Shown here one piece after another: positions 49,870-52,606 of a stretch of 52,606 bases of DNA. The DNA comes from Octopus bimaculoides (Eukaryota): the NCBI RefSeq assembly GCF_001194135.2, contig NC_068997.1, positions 36,847,190 through 36,899,795 on the forward strand, written 5' to 3'. Position 1 is the first letter of the stretch. Each line of letters opens with the position of its first letter. Made by a program: the position numbers and the translations under genes. The notes beneath the pieces are model-generated. The model saw only the letters and a list, made by a program, of their open reading frames with translations, did no database searches and was not told the DNA's origin.

Positions 49870-50470
49870 TGTAACAAAGTTCTCTCTTTAAAGAATATTT
49901 ACACAAACCTTTACCGCAAGAATTTTCTTTCCTTCAAAGCTCCAACTACAATCCACAAGAAGTGACCAACTGACTACTACAATCTCTTGGCTGCTACAAC
50001 AGTTCCATTTCTCTGTCCCTCTCTCTCATTGCTTCAGTCCCTATCTGCTGACCATAGGCTCTCTCTCTCAGCCTCTCTCTGTCAGTCTCTCTGTTCATCT
50101 TCACTGGCTCCACTGGCCTTCACATCAACTGCTGTACATCTTCACTGGCTGACGTTCTTCATCCAACTCCCTGGCCAACTGCTCTGGCCAACCGCCTCGC
50201 GCCAACTCTGTACACCAACTGCCTCTGGCCAACTCGCTGTCGTATTTATCACAAATACCGTAGCTCAATAGTGCTACCTTACTCCCTCCAAAGCTGGGTC
50301 AGTTCAGTACAATTCCTCACTTGTTTTTCTGAACTTTTGGTGACTGGAAAGAGTCATCGATCACACCTACGCTAAAAATAGCTGTGCTTGTTGACAGGAC
50401 AAAGCAATACCATTGGCCTCAACAACCAGAATACGGTTTCAAACCCAGCTCGGGAGATAGGGACATAACG
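49870..50470 (-). mobile_element. Probable solo LTR
   Basis: Ends tgtaac...ataacg (TG...CA-like with short inverted termini), non-coding, pyrimidine-rich style similar to about 45860-45930. The left flank is a gap, so no TSD can be checked. Confidence 0.4.
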
Positions 50471-50720
50471 TTATTTTGTTTGTTTATTGGCGTCCGTATC
50501 AATATATAAGCAATAATAAATCTCTGAGCGAGGTATAAACAGTAGCTGCATGACATCGTGAAGTATATTTGCTATCTAAATGTGGCTAACCCTTAAGGAT
50601 TGATGCTACTGTAGCTTGTAGCCCCAGGAAGACATCTCCTCCAGCTGGTTATTGACTCAATATCTGTGCCCTATCAGTATTTGCAAAGAGAAGTCATCGT
50701 TCCCATTTCCAGCCTGACGT

Positions 50721-50770
50721 GATACACACGGACCTGAGTTTCTGGGTATTGACCTGTCATCAGCATGCAA
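50721..50770 (-). ncRNA. Decayed type I hammerhead motif inside a partial direct repeat
   Basis: Minus strand: tgcatg-CTGATGA-ca GGT caat ACC ca-GAAAC-TCAG-GTC|cgtgtg. Core intact, helix I pairs with G:U wobbles, base of helix II mismatched. Confidence 0.6.
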
Positions 50771-51299
50771 CAACCACCGGTTGGTGATGGGAAATGATTC
50801 TCAATGCAAATATATATATACTTTTTCCAGTGACGAAAAGTCACTGATCTCAAAAAAGTGGAAACAAGCAATAATAAATCTCTGAGCGAGGTATNNNNNN
50901 NNNNTTTTTCCAGTGACGAAAAGTCACTGATCTCAAAAAAGTGGAAACAAGCAATAATAAATCTCTGAGCGAGGTATAAACAGTAGCTGCACGACATTGT
51001 GAAGTATATTTGCTACATTTAGGTGGCAAATATACAAAGTGTGGTCTTTGTGATATGGAAAGATGGCTCATCTGGAAAAGCAGCTTAGCCCCCGCTACAT
51101 GTCTAAATTCAAGAACTGAACTTTTTGGATCATCTCCACATATGGCTAAATATTTGTTACGTTTTTGGTTCCCCGAAGATCACAGATAGAACCTGCTTTT
51201 TATATTGTGTCCACGTACAAGCATTTTATCTCTATATATTTTTTATATATATTTTTACATATTTTTATATATATTTTTACATATTTTTATTGCTTTTTA

Positions 51300-51765
51300 C
51301 ATATTTTTTCTGTATATCACCATTCACTCTGCATTTTTCTTGTGAATGTGTGTATATAGATGTGTATATGAACATTTTTGTGTGCGTATGGGTATATATA
51401 TGTGTGTGTGTGTGTGCATATGTGCAGGTATGTATATGTGTACATGTGTATAGCTGCATATATATGTGGGTGTACATGCATGTGTTTCCCGCGAGTGTGA
51501 GTGAGCATATGCATATATAGCATGTATTTTAGATGTATATATGAATATAATTGTGCACATATGGGTATGTGCACGTGTATGTGTGTGCATGTGTGCAGAT
51601 ATGTATATGTGTACATGTGTATGGTTGCATATATATGTGCACATTTAGGTATGTGTGTGGGTGTGCATCTATGTGTTTCAGGCGAGTGTGAGTGAGCATA
51701 TGCATATAGGCACATGTACGTAGGTATGTGTGTGCGCATGTGTATGAATGTACATGCGTGCATAT
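51300..51765. repeat. Compound (TG/TA) microsatellite with an internal duplication
   Basis: gcgagtgtgagtgagcatatgcatatag occurs near 51490 and 51682. Similar compound microsatellites at about 3330-3490 and 9530-9790. Confidence 0.8.
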
Positions 51766-51930
51766 GTGAATTCTATGAGCGTTTTTTACTTCTTTACTTT
51801 CTCCCCTTTGGCTTTTTTCCCTTTATTTAACAGTCATTCTAATAGCTCCTTTGTTTGTCTTAATAATGATGATTTACATAGTAATTTCCCTTTGTTTAAC
51901 GGTCATTTTCATAGCATTTTTTGTTTGTCT

Positions 51931-51993
51931 TAATAACTGACGAGATGCCAGAGCAGATTTCCGCCCCAACATCCGAAACTCAGAGTTTTATTA
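51931..51993 (+). ncRNA. Type I hammerhead motif, slightly defective
   Basis: taataa-CTGACGA-GATG...CATC c-GAAA CT cag AG TT|ttatta. 6-bp helix I, 3-bp helix III, GUU triplet, one extra C before GAAA. Confidence 0.62.
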
Positions 51994-52606
51994 TGGCAAC
52001 CAAATAATTGTCACATATATTACAGATCAATTCCGCTGTTTACATAATATCGAGGTCTCATTCATTCTTTTGTTGTCATATCATTACTATTAATATATGT
52101 ATATATATATATATATGTAACATCAGCAAAAAGATGGTTCATTCATGGCCTTCTTTCCTCACTCATACATACATATATATATATATATATTTGAAAAGAT
52201 TTGTAAATGTACCACACGAGTAAGTAGATATTAAAGATAAATGAAAATAAAAATGCCACTGTTAAAAAAATCTTTTTGGGTATTTTAATTAATTTACATT
52301 ACATGTTTCGGTTTTTTTGAAAAACCTTATCAAAAATGAGTATAAAATATGAGAAGAGAAGAGGGCTATTAATAAAATAAAATTGAAATTAAAATTAAGA
52401 ATGACATTCATAGTTTACTGTTATTTCTTGCACGCACACGTGGTTCTTTCGTACTGTTCTGAAGGCATGGTAATTTCAACTCGCTGTGACAGTAGATTAC
52501 TACTATCTGTTTTTGTAAATTAAATAGTGGTCAAGACTTGTTTCTAGGAGTGGTTGTAGCCATCGAATAACCAGCAGCAGTAATGATAATAACAATAGTA
52601 GTAGGA

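Noticed and set aside
3164-52223. Long ORFs rich in X, H/T, C/V, Y/I or poly-L/I in the ORF track
   Set aside because: They are read-throughs of N gaps and microsatellites, or antisense frames of TE ORFs.

Overview
AT-rich, gap-ridden eukaryotic genomic DNA made almost entirely of decayed transposons and microsatellites. The SINE/RTE repeat families look like octopus/coleoid cephalopod (inference from memory of repeat sequences, not a search). One host gene is present: four coding exons of a WD40 protein I recognise as CFAP52/WDR16. Their splice phases chain into one open frame, but the first two exons (14872-15000, 13674-13773) are on the minus strand and the next two (24619-24851, 46157-46217) are on the plus strand. 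The minus-strand pair sits in a block bounded by two exactly 100-N gaps, most likely a mis-oriented scaffold. The introns hold Penelope-like elements, R4/Dong, RTE and L1/Tx1 LINEs, a Gypsy element, mariner, Tc1, Chapaev3, Helitron, MITEs and SINEs. The most system-like signal is a set of type I hammerhead ribozyme motifs (19828, 23733, 50721, 51931). Two of these are enclosed by perfect 28-44 bp inverted repeats, resembling small non-autonomous Penelope/retrozyme-type elements. No rRNA, tRNA gene, CRISPR array or intact transposase/RT ORF was found. Repeat boundaries are approximate unless TIR/TSD coordinates are given.
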